Positions 29,827-40,305 of a stretch of 64,000 bases of DNA are shown here, piece after piece (positions within the stretch are counted from its first letter, which is position 1; the number at the start of each line of letters is the position of its first letter). This DNA comes from an uncultured Nitrospiraceae bacterium. GTDB lineage: Bacteria > Nitrospirota > Thermodesulfovibrionia > Thermodesulfovibrionales > SM23-35. The DNA lies in NCBI GenBank assembly GCA_963727775.1, contig CAVSHB010000002.1, positions 448,001-512,000 on the forward strand. The letters are read 5' to 3'. The position numbers were made by a program, and so were the translations under genes. The notes beneath the pieces are model-generated. The model was not told the DNA's origin. It did no database searches and saw only the letters and a program-made list of their open reading frames with translations.

Positions 29827-31307
29827 AGATCCGGTTCCTTCCTGTGCCAATTCGTTGCCTGCTCATAGGCATATGCGACTTTAAAAATGGACTCTTCATT
29901 AAAGTGTTTCCCGATAAGCTGCAGCCCGATCGGCAGATTCTTAGAAGTAAACCCGCAGGGCAGCGAGAGGGCCGGTACGCCGGCCAGGTTAACGGATATG
30001 GTAAAGATATCGGAGAGGTACATCTGCAAAGGGTCGGATGTCTTTTCACCGATTTTAAACGCTGAGGTCGGCGTTGTGGGAGTTGCAATGACGTCGACAT
30101 TCCTGAATGCCTCTTCAAAATCTTTTTTGATCAATGTCCTTACTTGCTGCGCCTTTTTATAATACGCATCGTAGTATCCCGCCGAGAGGGCATAGGTGCC
30201 GAGCATTATCCTTCTCTTGACTTCAGCTCCGAATCCCTGTGAACGTGTATTCATATACATATCCATTAAATCCTTGCCGTCGGACCTGAAGCCGTATTTC
30301 ACTCCGTCATAACGGGCAAGGTTCGAAGATGCTTCCGAGTTTGCGAGGATATAATAGGTTGCAATCGCATGTCCGGTATGCGGCAGAGACACTTCGACAG
30401 GAACAGCGCCGAGAGATTCAAGATCCCTTATCGCTTTTGTTACCGCCTCCTCAACTTCTTTTTCAATCCCTTTAATAAAGTATTCTTTGGGGATGCCGAT
30501 CCTTAACCCTTTTATGTCTTTGCCGAGGACTCCGGTAAAATCAGGCACTGGCACGGGCGCTGAGGTCGAATCCAGCGGGTCAGGCCCGGAAATACTGTTC
30601 AGCAGGATCGCGGAATCTCTCACGTTTTTTGTGATCGGGCCGATCTGGTCCAGGGACGATGCAAAAGCGACGAGGCCGTACCTTGAAACCCGCCCGTATG
30701 TCGGCTTCAATCCGACAACGCCGCACAGGGCCGCGGGCTGCCTGATCGACCCGCCCGTATCGGACCCCAGGGCGGCTATGCATTCATCAGCCGCGACTGC
30801 CGCAGCTGATCCGCCGCTTGAACCGCCGGGGATCCTCTCCAAATCCCAGGGGTTTCTTGTTATATGAAATCCCGAATTCTCCGTGGAAGAGCCCATCGCA
30901 AATTCATCCATATTTGTCTTTCCGAGCAAGACGTAGCCCTGCTGCATAAGCCTTGAAGTGACGGTGCTTTCATATGGCGGAACAAAATTGAACAATATTT
31001 GAGATGAACATGTTGTTCGAATCCCTTTAGTGCATATATTGTCCTTGACCGCAAGGGGGATCCCCGCTATGGATGTCTCCTTAATGTGCGCCGCTTGTGA
31101 TTCTCCAGCGGCGGATTGATTAATACTCTCCTGGGCACTTTCAGACATTTCCAGGGCCGTGTCTTTTGTGAGAGTTATGAAAGCCTTTACCTTTGTATCG
31201 ACAGCATCTATCCTATGATAGAGTGCATTGACTAAATCCGCGACCGACAGTTCTTTTTTGTCAAGCAGTTTTCTTGCATCTGAAATTGTAAGTCTGAAAA
31301 CCTCCAA
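29823..31307 (-). CDS. gatA: Asp-tRNA(Asn)/Glu-tRNA(Gln) amidotransferase subunit A
   Basis: [41 protein letters not shown]. Confidence 0.97.
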   Translation of the reverse strand: MEVFRLTISDARKLLDKKELSVADLVNALYHRIDAVDTKVKAFITLTKDTALEMSESAQESINQSAAGESQAAHIKETSIAGIPLAVKDNICTKGIRTTCSSQILFNFVPPYESTVTSRLMQQGYVLLGKTNMDEFAMGSSTENSGFHITRNPWDLERIPGGSSGGSAAAVAADECIAALGSDTGGSIRQPAALCGVVGLKPTYGRVSRYGLVAFASSLDQIGPITKNVRDSAILLNSISGPDPLDSTSAPVPVPDFTGVLGKDIKGLRIGIPKEYFIKGIEKEVEEAVTKAIRDLESLGAVPVEVSLPHTGHAIATYYILANSEASSNLARYDGVKYGFRSDGKDLMDMYMNTRSQGFGAEVKRRIMLGTYALSAGYYDAYYKKAQQVRTLIKKDFEEAFRNVDVIATPTTPTSAFKIGEKTSDPLQMYLSDIFTISVNLAGVPALSLPCGFTSKNLPIGLQLIGKHFNEESIFKVAYAYEQATNWHRKEPDL

Positions 31308-31463
31308 GAAGTCCTCCTCCGTTATTCTCTATAAAACGTTATCTCTAAAAACTTTTCTTGAAAGGTTCTATTATATTGTATTATAGTAGTTTTTTAGTAG
31401 GCATTTGCCGAAAAAATTCCTTATCCTCAAAAAAAAGAATAGAAAGATTAAACGGACAAATTA

Positions 31464-33914
31464 ATGATTTCTTTTGGAAAGAAAGATGGCAATGGAATGA
31501 GCAGCGAGAACTCGTTGGTTTCTATAATCGTTAGGACAAAGGACAGGCCTATACTTTTAAAAAAGGCGTTACGGAGTGTCGCCGTACAGACTTATCGGCC
31601 TATTGAGGTCATTCTGGTAAATGACGGAGGCTGTGACCTTAATGAAGCAGAGCTTCAAAACATCCTCGGGGATGTCTCATTATTTTATACGAAGCTTGAG
31701 GAGAATAAAGGCAGGTCACATGCCGGAAACGTGGGGATTGAGAATACTCACGGTAAGTATTTAGGGTTTCTCGACGATGACGACGAGTTCTATCCGGAGC
31801 ATATATCAACCCTTGTTCACCCTCTGGAAGATGGAGAATATGAGGTCGCATATACCGACGCCAATATCGCATACCTTAAATTCGATCCGGAAACGATGCA
31901 CGTTATATCCGCAGAAAAAAAATTATTTTCGTCAAAAGACTTTTCTTATGATGAATTTATCATCGATAACTACATACCTGTTATATGTCTTCTATTTTCA
32001 AAAAAGGTATTTAAATATGTTCAAGGGTTCGACGAAAGCTTTGATATCTATGAGGATTGGGATTTATTAATAAGGATTGCGGAGAAGTATCCTTTTTATC
32101 ACATCAAAAAAATAACTGTTGAATATGTACAATGGAGCAGCAGTTTGCAGGTCGCGCAGACTATTAAATATTCGGAAAAAGCCAATGCGGCCCATAAGAA
32201 AATAATAAACAAGCACAGAGAGAGATTTACAAATGAAATCATCAGGGGGCTCATACAGAATAGGAGACAGAGCCAAAAGATAACTGAGGAAAATGAACAC
32301 TTAAAAAATTACATATCCAGTATTGAAGATATCATTATGCAAAAAGAAGGGATCGGGGATTCGGTAAACGGGATAGGCATATCCAGTCTCTCTTCCATCA
32401 TCAGACAGAGTCAAGAACAGATACAGCAGAAGGAAGAACACATACAGCACCTCGATTCAGTAATAAAATATAAAGAGACCCTCCTTAACCTGGTTTATAA
32501 CTCACGCGGCTGGAGGCTCCTGTCACGGTATTATAAGGTCAGAGACAGAATATTCCCCGCTGATTCCAGGAAAAAGCTTCTTTATGACCTTTGTTTTATT
32601 GCTCTCGAAAACCCCCGGGGGTTTTTAAAAGGTCTGAACAGAGATAATTTGAGTAAATTTTTCCGGCAGTACGGATTGCTTAGACCTTCTGAGATCGAAA
32701 GCAAGGTAAAAAGAAAGGTCATGTTCAATACGTTCAAGGAAGTGGAGACCGCGAAGGATACGACTATTAAGAGTGAAGACACGCTGTATGACGCGGCTGA
32801 TTACGCGCCCTTCCTAAAAAAGAACAACGTCCTTGTCGTTGACCGTTTTCTACCTACCTATGATAAGGATTCAGGGTCGCTGAGGATGTTTTCTTTTCTC
32901 AGGATATTGAGCGACCTCGGGTATAAGGTCACGTTCTTGCCTGATGACCTGCAGGCGAAACAGCCGTATATGGATGATCTGCAGAACATGGGAATAGAGG
33001 TAGTGCATGGAAATCTTGACATCGAAAAATATCTTAAGAACATGGGAGGCGTTTTTTCTTATGTAATACTGTCGAGGCCCGAACAGACCTTTAAATATAT
33101 CCCCCTCATGAGGGCCTATGCCATCAACAGTACGATTGCTTATGATACCGTTGACCTGCACTGGCTGAGGTTTGAAAGGGCCGCAGCCATTAACGGCAAT
33201 AAGGAATTTCGTGAAAAGGCGAAGCAGTATAAAGCTATGGAACTCTTCAACGCCTCGTGTTCCGATGTAGTATTGACCGTTACCGGAGATGAAAAGGAAT
33301 TCCTGTTAAAGGAAAACTCCGAGTTAAAGGTGGAGGTGATACCCAACATCCATGAAGTTTTCAAGGATGTAAAACCTTTTGCTGAAAGAAAGGACATAAT
33401 GTTTATCGGCAGTTTCCTTCATCATCCGAATGAAGACGCTATTTTATTTTTTGTGAAAGAGATTTTCCACAGGATAAAGAAAAAAATACCGGACATGCGT
33501 TTTTTTGTCGTCGGCAGTGATCCCATGGATGCCATTTTAAAGCTTGATTCGAAAGACATTAAGGTGACCGGGTACGTGAAAGACGTTACTCCTTATTTTA
33601 AGAATTGCCGCGTCTTTGTGGCTCCTTTGCGATATGGCGCGGGCATGAAGGGAAAAGTCGGACAGAGCATGGCATACGGGCTGCCTGTAGTGACGACAAA
33701 GATCGGTGCTGAAGGAATAGGGCTTATCGATAATGAAACCGCTTTGATTGCAGATGATCCGGAGGGTTTTGCAAATTCTGTGATAAGGTTATATACAGAC
33801 GAAGAACTCTGGAACAGGGTTTCAGAGAGATCGATTGAGCATATAGAAATGAATTATTCTAAAGAGGTTGTCGGCAAAAAAGTCGCTGATCTTTTGAACT
33901 CCTTCGAGTTATAA
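31464..33914 (+). CDS. Multidomain glycosyltransferase: GT2 + short coiled coil + GT4-like domain
   Basis: N-terminal VSIIVRTKDR...FLDDDD...EDWD; central VYNSRGW motif; C-terminal FVAPLRYGAGMKGKV..SMAYGLPVVTT. The start may be 31497. Confidence 0.9.
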   Translation: MISFGKKDGNGMSSENSLVSIIVRTKDRPILLKKALRSVAVQTYRPIEVILVNDGGCDLNEAELQNILGDVSLFYTKLEENKGRSHAGNVGIENTHGKYLGFLDDDDEFYPEHISTLVHPLEDGEYEVAYTDANIAYLKFDPETMHVISAEKKLFSSKDFSYDEFIIDNYIPVICLLFSKKVFKYVQGFDESFDIYEDWDLLIRIAEKYPFYHIKKITVEYVQWSSSLQVAQTIKYSEKANAAHKKIINKHRERFTNEIIRGLIQNRRQSQKITEENEHLKNYISSIEDIIMQKEGIGDSVNGIGISSLSSIIRQSQEQIQQKEEHIQHLDSVIKYKETLLNLVYNSRGWRLLSRYYKVRDRIFPADSRKKLLYDLCFIALENPRGFLKGLNRDNLSKFFRQYGLLRPSEIESKVKRKVMFNTFKEVETAKDTTIKSEDTLYDAADYAPFLKKNNVLVVDRFLPTYDKDSGSLRMFSFLRILSDLGYKVTFLPDDLQAKQPYMDDLQNMGIEVVHGNLDIEKYLKNMGGVFSYVILSRPEQTFKYIPLMRAYAINSTIAYDTVDLHWLRFERAAAINGNKEFREKAKQYKAMELFNASCSDVVLTVTGDEKEFLLKENSELKVEVIPNIHEVFKDVKPFAERKDIMFIGSFLHHPNEDAILFFVKEIFHRIKKKIPDMRFFVVGSDPMDAILKLDSKDIKVTGYVKDVTPYFKNCRVFVAPLRYGAGMKGKVGQSMAYGLPVVTTKIGAEGIGLIDNETALIADDPEGFANSVIRLYTDEELWNRVSERSIEHIEMNYSKEVVGKKVADLLNSFEL

Positions 33915-33926
33915 AGGTTGTCCCGC

Positions 33927-36926
33927 ATGAGAAAGAAAAACCCGTTAGTCTCTGTAATCGTTAGGACAAAAGACAGGCCGATACTTTTGAAAAAGGCCAT
34001 TCAGAGTATCGCCGCCCAGACATACCGCCCCATTGAAGTGGTGCTTGTAAATGACGGAGGATGTGACCTTGACATTGAAGAGTTGAAACGCATGCTTGGA
34101 GATGTATCTTTAAATTATAAAAAGCTCGAGGTGAATAAAGGCAGGGCCCATGCCGGCAATCAGGGGATCGAAAATGCAAAGGGCGCATATATAGGGTTCC
34201 TGGATGACGATGATGTGTTTTATAAAGACCACCTGGCTGTTCTGGTAAATATATTAGAGAAATATGATCATAGGGTCGCCTATACCGATGCGGACATCAG
34301 CTTCCATGATTTTGACCCTGGAAATGAAGAAATCATAACAAAAATCAAAAGACTTTTTTCTTCAAAGGAATTTTCCTACAGAGAGCTTTTGATCGATAAT
34401 TACATCCCCCTCATATGCCTTCTCTTTTCAAAGGAAATATTTAAAGATATCGGGGGGTTCGACGAGAGCTTTGATATCTATGAGGATTGGGACCTATTGG
34501 TACGTATTGCAGAAAAACATCCTTTTTATCACGTTGGGAAAACAACGGTTGAATATGTCCAGTGGAGCAAGAACCTGCAGATATCTCAAACGCCTGAATT
34601 TATCGACAGAGCAAACGCGGCCCATATTGAGATAATAAATAAGCATAAAGGGAAATTTACTGCTGAAGTTCTTAGAAGCCTTGTGCATGACAGAAGGGCG
34701 CTCAGCGAAAGAAACGGGCGTATAAATGACCTCGAACGGGGTATGCAAGCAAAGCATGGCCAAGTGGCTAATATCGAGAAGGTTGTGCAGGAGCGTGGAG
34801 ATCATATTGCTGCTCTTGAAAATGCAATTCACGAGAAGGAAACCCATGCAGCCGATCTTGAGAAGGTTGTGCAGGAGCGCGGAGATCATATTGCTGCTCT
34901 TGAAAATGCAATTCACGAGAAGGAAACCCATGCAGCCGATCTTGAGAAGGTTGTGCAGGAGCGCGGAGATCATATTGCTGCTCTTGAAAATGCAATTCAC
35001 GAGAAGGAAACCCATGCAGCCGATCTTGAGAAGGTTGTGCAGGAGCGCGGAGATCATATTGCTGCTCTTGAAAATACGGTTCAGGAAAGGGAAAGCTATA
35101 TAGCTTCTCTCGGGAAGACAATACAGGAAAGGGAAGGCCGCATAGCCGATCTTGAGAAGGTCGTGCAGGAGCGTGGCGATCATATTGCCGGTCTTAAGAA
35201 TACAATTCAGGAGAGGGAAGCCTATATAGCTTCTCTCGGGAAGACGGTCAGTGAGAGAGAAAGGCGTATAGCAAATCTCGAAAAGACTGTCCAGGATAGG
35301 GATAGCCAAATAACCGACCTCGGTAAAATCATGCAGGACACAAAGGTCCGGTCGGACAGGCTTGAAAAAATGCTGGCGGAGAGAGAAAGCCGGATATCAG
35401 ACCTCGAAACGACATTGCAGGCAAATTATGTCCGCATATCCGGGCTCGATGAAATAATACAGAAAAAAGAAGCATCTATAAGTAATCTTGAAAGAACAAT
35501 TCAGGACAAAGAAAATCAAATACAGTATCTTGAGAAGAAGATCGATGACAATACAGATGTCATAAGTAATCTTGAACAAAGCTTGCAAGACAAAGATAAT
35601 CTCATTGCTAAACGGGATAAAACGATTCATGAGAAAGAAGAGCATATTGTCTATCTTGAGCATGCAATGAGAGAAAAAGAAATTCGTATTGTTGATCTCG
35701 ATAAGACCTTAGCGGAGAAAGATACCCGTATTGCCGACCTCGATGAGATAGTCCGGGAGAAGAATGTGTCAATAATGAACCTTGGAAGTACCAGGGATGG
35801 GCTTGAAAAACTGATTCAGGAAAAAGAAGCGGCATTGACCCGGATTTACAATTCTAACGGATGGAAAGGACTTTTGTTCTATTACAAAACAAGAGATATC
35901 CTGTTGCCTCCTGAGACAGCACAAAGGGCCCTGGTGAAATCGTCTGTGCGGGGTATTGGCAGCATAATAAGAAAAGCCAAAGATATGAATATAAGGGAAT
36001 CCTTTTCAAAGACCATTTCTTCTTTACAGGACAAATTCAGGCAAAAGCCCTTTGCAAAATCCCCTCTGGATTTTACTGCATTCCCACCTGTTGCCGGGGA
36101 TGTTGAGATTAAGAGTGTCCCGGACGGCGGGACTGTTTACGGGGATCAAAGGACTACTTTTGAGGCGCGAAAAAAGACCGCACAGATCAAAAAAAGAGCG
36201 AAGAAACAGAATATGAAAAAAGACAATGTTCTTGTGACCGGTATCTATCTCGCCAACCAGGCAAATGCAATAGAACATATAGTCACTCAACTGAATCAAT
36301 CTGAAAATTATAAAGTTATACAGAAATGGGCAGCTTTATTCGGTGACGCGCCGTCACAGACTGTGAAGGCAGTGACAACTCTTAAAATAGAAAACCCGCA
36401 GCCCAAGTTTGTGCTCCTCAATAAGATCCTGTCAGCGGAGGAGTTAAATAAGTACAGATATATTGTAATATGTGATGACGACATCCGTCTGTGTGATGAT
36501 TTCCTCGACAATTTTTTGGATTTTCAGGAGGAATATGATTTTGCGCTGGCACAGCCTGCGAGGACGCATAACAGCTATATAGACCATCCATTCGTGGAGC
36601 AGTTCGAAGGACTCAAAGCGAGAAGGACACGCTTTGTAGAGATCGGCCCTTTGGTCTCTATAAGGCGGGATGCCTTCTCCGCCCTTTTGCCTTTCGATGA
36701 GAGTTCATATATGGGATGGGGATATGACTTTGTATGGCCAGCGCTTATCGAAAAAATGGGACTGCGCATGGGTATAATCGATGCCGCACCCATTGAACAC
36801 AGTATGCGAAAACCGGTAAAGAATTATAACTACGACCAGGCAAACAAATCGAATCAGGATTATCTTTCCAGAAACCCGCATTTATCAAAAGAAGAAGCAT
36901 TCACAATACTTGAATCGTATGCGTAA
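33927..36926 (+). CDS. Multidomain glycosyltransferase: GT2 + long coiled coil + second GT-A-like domain
   Basis: N-terminal GT2 paralogous to the upstream gene; about 380 aa of 14-residue periodic coiled coil; IYNSNGW motif; C-terminal ICDDDI..FVEIGP..MGWGYD domain. Alternative TTG start at 33918. Confidence 0.88.
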   Translation: MRKKNPLVSVIVRTKDRPILLKKAIQSIAAQTYRPIEVVLVNDGGCDLDIEELKRMLGDVSLNYKKLEVNKGRAHAGNQGIENAKGAYIGFLDDDDVFYKDHLAVLVNILEKYDHRVAYTDADISFHDFDPGNEEIITKIKRLFSSKEFSYRELLIDNYIPLICLLFSKEIFKDIGGFDESFDIYEDWDLLVRIAEKHPFYHVGKTTVEYVQWSKNLQISQTPEFIDRANAAHIEIINKHKGKFTAEVLRSLVHDRRALSERNGRINDLERGMQAKHGQVANIEKVVQERGDHIAALENAIHEKETHAADLEKVVQERGDHIAALENAIHEKETHAADLEKVVQERGDHIAALENAIHEKETHAADLEKVVQERGDHIAALENTVQERESYIASLGKTIQEREGRIADLEKVVQERGDHIAGLKNTIQEREAYIASLGKTVSERERRIANLEKTVQDRDSQITDLGKIMQDTKVRSDRLEKMLAERESRISDLETTLQANYVRISGLDEIIQKKEASISNLERTIQDKENQIQYLEKKIDDNTDVISNLEQSLQDKDNLIAKRDKTIHEKEEHIVYLEHAMREKEIRIVDLDKTLAEKDTRIADLDEIVREKNVSIMNLGSTRDGLEKLIQEKEAALTRIYNSNGWKGLLFYYKTRDILLPPETAQRALVKSSVRGIGSIIRKAKDMNIRESFSKTISSLQDKFRQKPFAKSPLDFTAFPPVAGDVEIKSVPDGGTVYGDQRTTFEARKKTAQIKKRAKKQNMKKDNVLVTGIYLANQANAIEHIVTQLNQSENYKVIQKWAALFGDAPSQTVKAVTTLKIENPQPKFVLLNKILSAEELNKYRYIVICDDDIRLCDDFLDNFLDFQEEYDFALAQPARTHNSYIDHPFVEQFEGLKARRTRFVEIGPLVSIRRDAFSALLPFDESSYMGWGYDFVWPALIEKMGLRMGIIDAAPIEHSMRKPVKNYNYDQANKSNQDYLSRNPHLSKEEAFTILESYA
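34776..35075 (+). repeat. 84-bp in-frame tandem repeat (about 3.5 units, 28 aa each)
   Basis: GAGAAGGTTGTGCAGGAGCG starts at 34776, 34860, 34944 and 35028; encodes EKVVQERGDHIAALENAIHEKETHAADL. Confidence 0.97.
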
Positions 36927-37010
36927 GAGGTACCTATAAAGGTGAAGCTCAACACTCTTTCTGGGAAAATAAATTCGGGGCTGATCTCCGGGAAATTTTT
37001 AAGTTTATAG

Positions 37011-39701
37011 CTACACTTTTTTTTGAAAAACAGCAAACATTTCAGTCGGCCGCAATCTGCTTTCTTCTATTTGCTGCAAATCCAGATTAAATAGATATTC
37101 GAGATAATTCTTGTCTTCTTCTTTCTCCGGATCCATGTTTGTCCCGATATATTTATTGGTACATATAATCCTGCTGAATGCTCCATATTTAAAACATTTT
37201 ATGGCCTTAAAATACTTAAGAATTTCGGGTTCGATTTCCTCCTGCCGGATACCCTCCATACCTCTGAAAACGTCAATTGGTGGAATTATCTCGTCGATGT
37301 TGAGTATGCCGGATTTGTATTCCAACGGCATCTGTTCGATAATGCTTTTTGCGAAGTCGATATTTTCTTCCCAAAAAACAACTCTATTCCTGCCTATTAT
37401 GTCCAAGACTATAAATCTTCCGCCCTGCTTTAAACCTCTACTTATTTGAAGCATCAGATTCTCAAGATTAATTACATGATGTATGGAAGAGTGAGCATAA
37501 ATAATGTCAAAACTTTTTTCTTTGATTTGCAAGAAATTAAGATCGGCTGTTTCGAAATTTACATTAAGATCGTTTGTCTTGGCTTCATCAGCAGCCTTAG
37601 AAAAAATCTGCTGGTTAATATCAATGGCAACTATTTCATAAGGCTTATTTAAAGATTTTGCTATATTTAATTCATGTCCTCCATATCCACAGCCGAGACT
37701 TAGAATTTTCGGATTTTCGATACTGTTGGCAAATGATGTAACTTCGCTAAATAGGCTCGTCTTCCAAATTTTCTCTGAAAGAAACCTAAACCAATAATCC
37801 CATGCCTTTAGGGCGTTGATTCCACCTTCACCTAAATCATCCCTATTTCCTATATTGAAATAGTCAACAAATCCTTTTTTTTGAAAAACAGCAAACATTT
37901 CAGTCGGCCGCAATCTGCTTTCTTCTATTTGCTGCAAATCCAGATTAAATAGATATTCGAGATAATTCTTGTCTTCTTCTTTCTCCGGATCCATGTTTGT
38001 CCCGATATATTTATTGGTACATATAATCCTGCTGAATGCTCCATATTTAAAACATTTTATGGCCTTAAAATACTTAAGAATTTCGGGTTCGATTTCCTCC
38101 TGCCGGATACCCTCCATACCTCTGAAAACGTCAATTGGTGGAATTATCTCGTCGATGTTGAGTATGCCGGATTTGTATTCCAACGGCATCTGTTCGATAA
38201 TGCTTTTTGCGAAGTCGATATTTTCTTCCCAAAAAACAACTCTATTCCTGCCTATTATGTCCAAGACTATAAATCTTCCGCCCTGCTTTAAACCTCTACT
38301 TATTTGAAGCATCAGATTCTCAAGATTAATTACATGATGTATGGAAGAGTGAGCATAAATAATGTCAAAACTTTTTTCTTTGATTTGCAAGAAATTAAGA
38401 TCGGCTGTTTCGAAATTTACATTAAGATCGTTTGTCTTGGCTTCATCAGCAGCCTTAGAAAAAATCTGCTGGTTAATATCAATGGCAACTATTTCATAAG
38501 GCTTATTTAAAGATTTTGCTATATTTAATTCATGTCCTCCATATCCACAGCCGAGACTTAGAATTTTCGGATTTTCGATACTGTTGGCAAATGATGTAAC
38601 TTCGCTAAATAGTTCCGTCTTCCAAATTTTCTCTGAAAGAAACCTAAACCAATAATCCCATGCCTTTAGGGCGTTGATTCCACCTTCACCTAAATCATCC
38701 CTATTTCCTATATTGAAATAGTCAACAAATCCTTTTTTTTGAAAAACAGCAAACATTTCAGTCGGCCGCAATCTGCTTTCTTCTATTTGCTGCAAATCCA
38801 GATTAAATAGATATTCGAGATAATTCTTGTCTTCTTCTTTCTCCGGATCCATGTTTGTCCCGATATATTTATTGGTACATATAATCCTGCTGAATGCTCC
38901 ATATTTAAAACATTTTATGGCCTTAAAATACTTAAGAATTTCGGGTTCGATTTCCTCCTGCCGGATACCCTCCATACCTCTGAAAACGTCAATTGGTGGA
39001 ATTATCTCGTCGATGTTGAGTATGCCGGATTTGTATTCCAACGGCATCTGTTCGATAATGCTTTTTGCGAAGTCGATATTTTCTTCCCAAAAAACAACTC
39101 TATTCCTGCCTATTATGTCCAAGACTATAAATCTTCCGCCCTGCTTTAAACCTCTACTTATTTGAAGCATCAGATTCTCAAGATTAATTACATGATGTAT
39201 GGAAGAGTGAGCATAAATAATGTCAAAACTTTTTTCTTTGATTTGCAAGAAATTAAGATCGGCTGTTTCGAAATTTACATTAAGATCGTTTGTCTTGGCT
39301 TCATCAGCAGCCTTAGAAAAAATCTGCTGGTTAATATCAATGGCAACTATTTCATAAGGCTTATTTAAAGATTTTGCTATATTTAATTCATATCCTCCAT
39401 ATCCACAGCCGAGACTTAGAATTTTCGGATTTTCGATACTGTTGGCAAATGATGTAACTTCGCTAAATAGTTCCGTCTTCCAAATTTTCTCTGAAAGAAA
39501 CCTAAACCAATAATCCCATGCCTTAATAGCATGAATCCCGCCTTCCCGTAAATCATCTCTGATTTCTATATTGCAATATTCATCAAGTTCCTCTTCTACC
39601 AGTTTTTCATAGTCATAATTTCTCGTTAAATCCTTCTGAATATTTTGGTCAACGGATACAAAGTGTTCGGTTGGCCGATCTTCAGGTATTTCTTTAATCA
39701 C
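37011..39701 (-). CDS. Class I SAM-dependent methyltransferase with three tandem near-identical domains
   Basis: ILSLGCGYGG, IVAIDIN, FDIIYAHSSIHHV and LKQGGRF each occur three times; the start codon is uncertain. Confidence 0.85.
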   Translation of the reverse strand: MIKEIPEDRPTEHFVSVDQNIQKDLTRNYDYEKLVEEELDEYCNIEIRDDLREGGIHAIKAWDYWFRFLSEKIWKTELFSEVTSFANSIENPKILSLGCGYGGYELNIAKSLNKPYEIVAIDINQQIFSKAADEAKTNDLNVNFETADLNFLQIKEKSFDIIYAHSSIHHVINLENLMLQISRGLKQGGRFIVLDIIGRNRVVFWEENIDFAKSIIEQMPLEYKSGILNIDEIIPPIDVFRGMEGIRQEEIEPEILKYFKAIKCFKYGAFSRIICTNKYIGTNMDPEKEEDKNYLEYLFNLDLQQIEESRLRPTEMFAVFQKKGFVDYFNIGNRDDLGEGGINALKAWDYWFRFLSEKIWKTELFSEVTSFANSIENPKILSLGCGYGGHELNIAKSLNKPYEIVAIDINQQIFSKAADEAKTNDLNVNFETADLNFLQIKEKSFDIIYAHSSIHHVINLENLMLQISRGLKQGGRFIVLDIIGRNRVVFWEENIDFAKSIIEQMPLEYKSGILNIDEIIPPIDVFRGMEGIRQEEIEPEILKYFKAIKCFKYGAFSRIICTNKYIGTNMDPEKEEDKNYLEYLFNLDLQQIEESRLRPTEMFAVFQKKGFVDYFNIGNRDDLGEGGINALKAWDYWFRFLSEKIWKTSLFSEVTSFANSIENPKILSLGCGYGGHELNIAKSLNKPYEIVAIDINQQIFSKAADEAKTNDLNVNFETADLNFLQIKEKSFDIIYAHSSIHHVINLENLMLQISRGLKQGGRFIVLDIIGRNRVVFWEENIDFAKSIIEQMPLEYKSGILNIDEIIPPIDVFRGMEGIRQEEIEPEILKYFKAIKCFKYGAFSRIICTNKYIGTNMDPEKEEDKNYLEYLFNLDLQQIEESRLRPTEMFAVFQKKV
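37016..39524. repeat. 858-bp direct tandem repeat, about 2.9 units
   Basis: Units start at 37016, 37874 and 38732; within the homogenised part I see only two variant sites. Confidence 0.97.
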
Positions 39702-40305
39702 GATTTTTTCTGTAGTTTCGTTGTTATAGTCGGGTCAAAAACCGCTAATGTTTTTTAGTAGATTTTACGTCTATCTGAAAATAACTTTCAGAAAATCTCC
39801 ATCTCAGGAGTATTAATGCCGTCATCATATTAACCCGAACCAAAGTACTATTATTGATGATTTTAGCAAAATCTTCGGTCAAATTCTATGAATATTTTTG
39901 CAATGCAGCAATTCTGTAATAAAGTCTTGATAGGAGGATTTTAATGGGGATGAAGATTCCAATATATTTTTTTGAAGACTTCAGAAAATCAATGGCCATG
40001 AGTTATAATACTGCCGGCATTGTCATACCCCGTCTATCGGGAAGATGCTTAGGTTATATGCAGAGGAAAAAGTTCTGTGCGTCAGTTAATTATACTGAAG
40101 CAATATGGCAGCTTTTAGGTTTTTTTAAAATGGAACTTTTTATGTAATCAATACAACCCTATAATAATGAGGACAAAGGCAAAATTAATTGCCTTGTGAA
40201 TATATGCCGTAAATTCTTAAAGGAGGTGAATACAACAGGGTTAGCACATAACCGATGTTTTATTGCATTGTGGAAAATAAGTAAATTTAAAGAGGAGATT
40301 TTGAA

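Noticed and set aside
34776..35075. Regular repeats that could suggest a CRISPR array
   Set aside because: The units are contiguous 84-bp in-frame coding repeats with no unique spacers, and no cas genes are present.
37111..39368. Three identical pairs of plus-strand ORFs (112 aa and 68 aa)
   Set aside because: They are antisense shadows of the triplicated methyltransferase and repeat only because the DNA repeats.
39944..40147. 67-aa ORF in the spacer before the CBM lipoprotein
   Set aside because: It has an SD-like AGGAGG but no recognisable motif, so I cannot support it as a gene from sequence alone.
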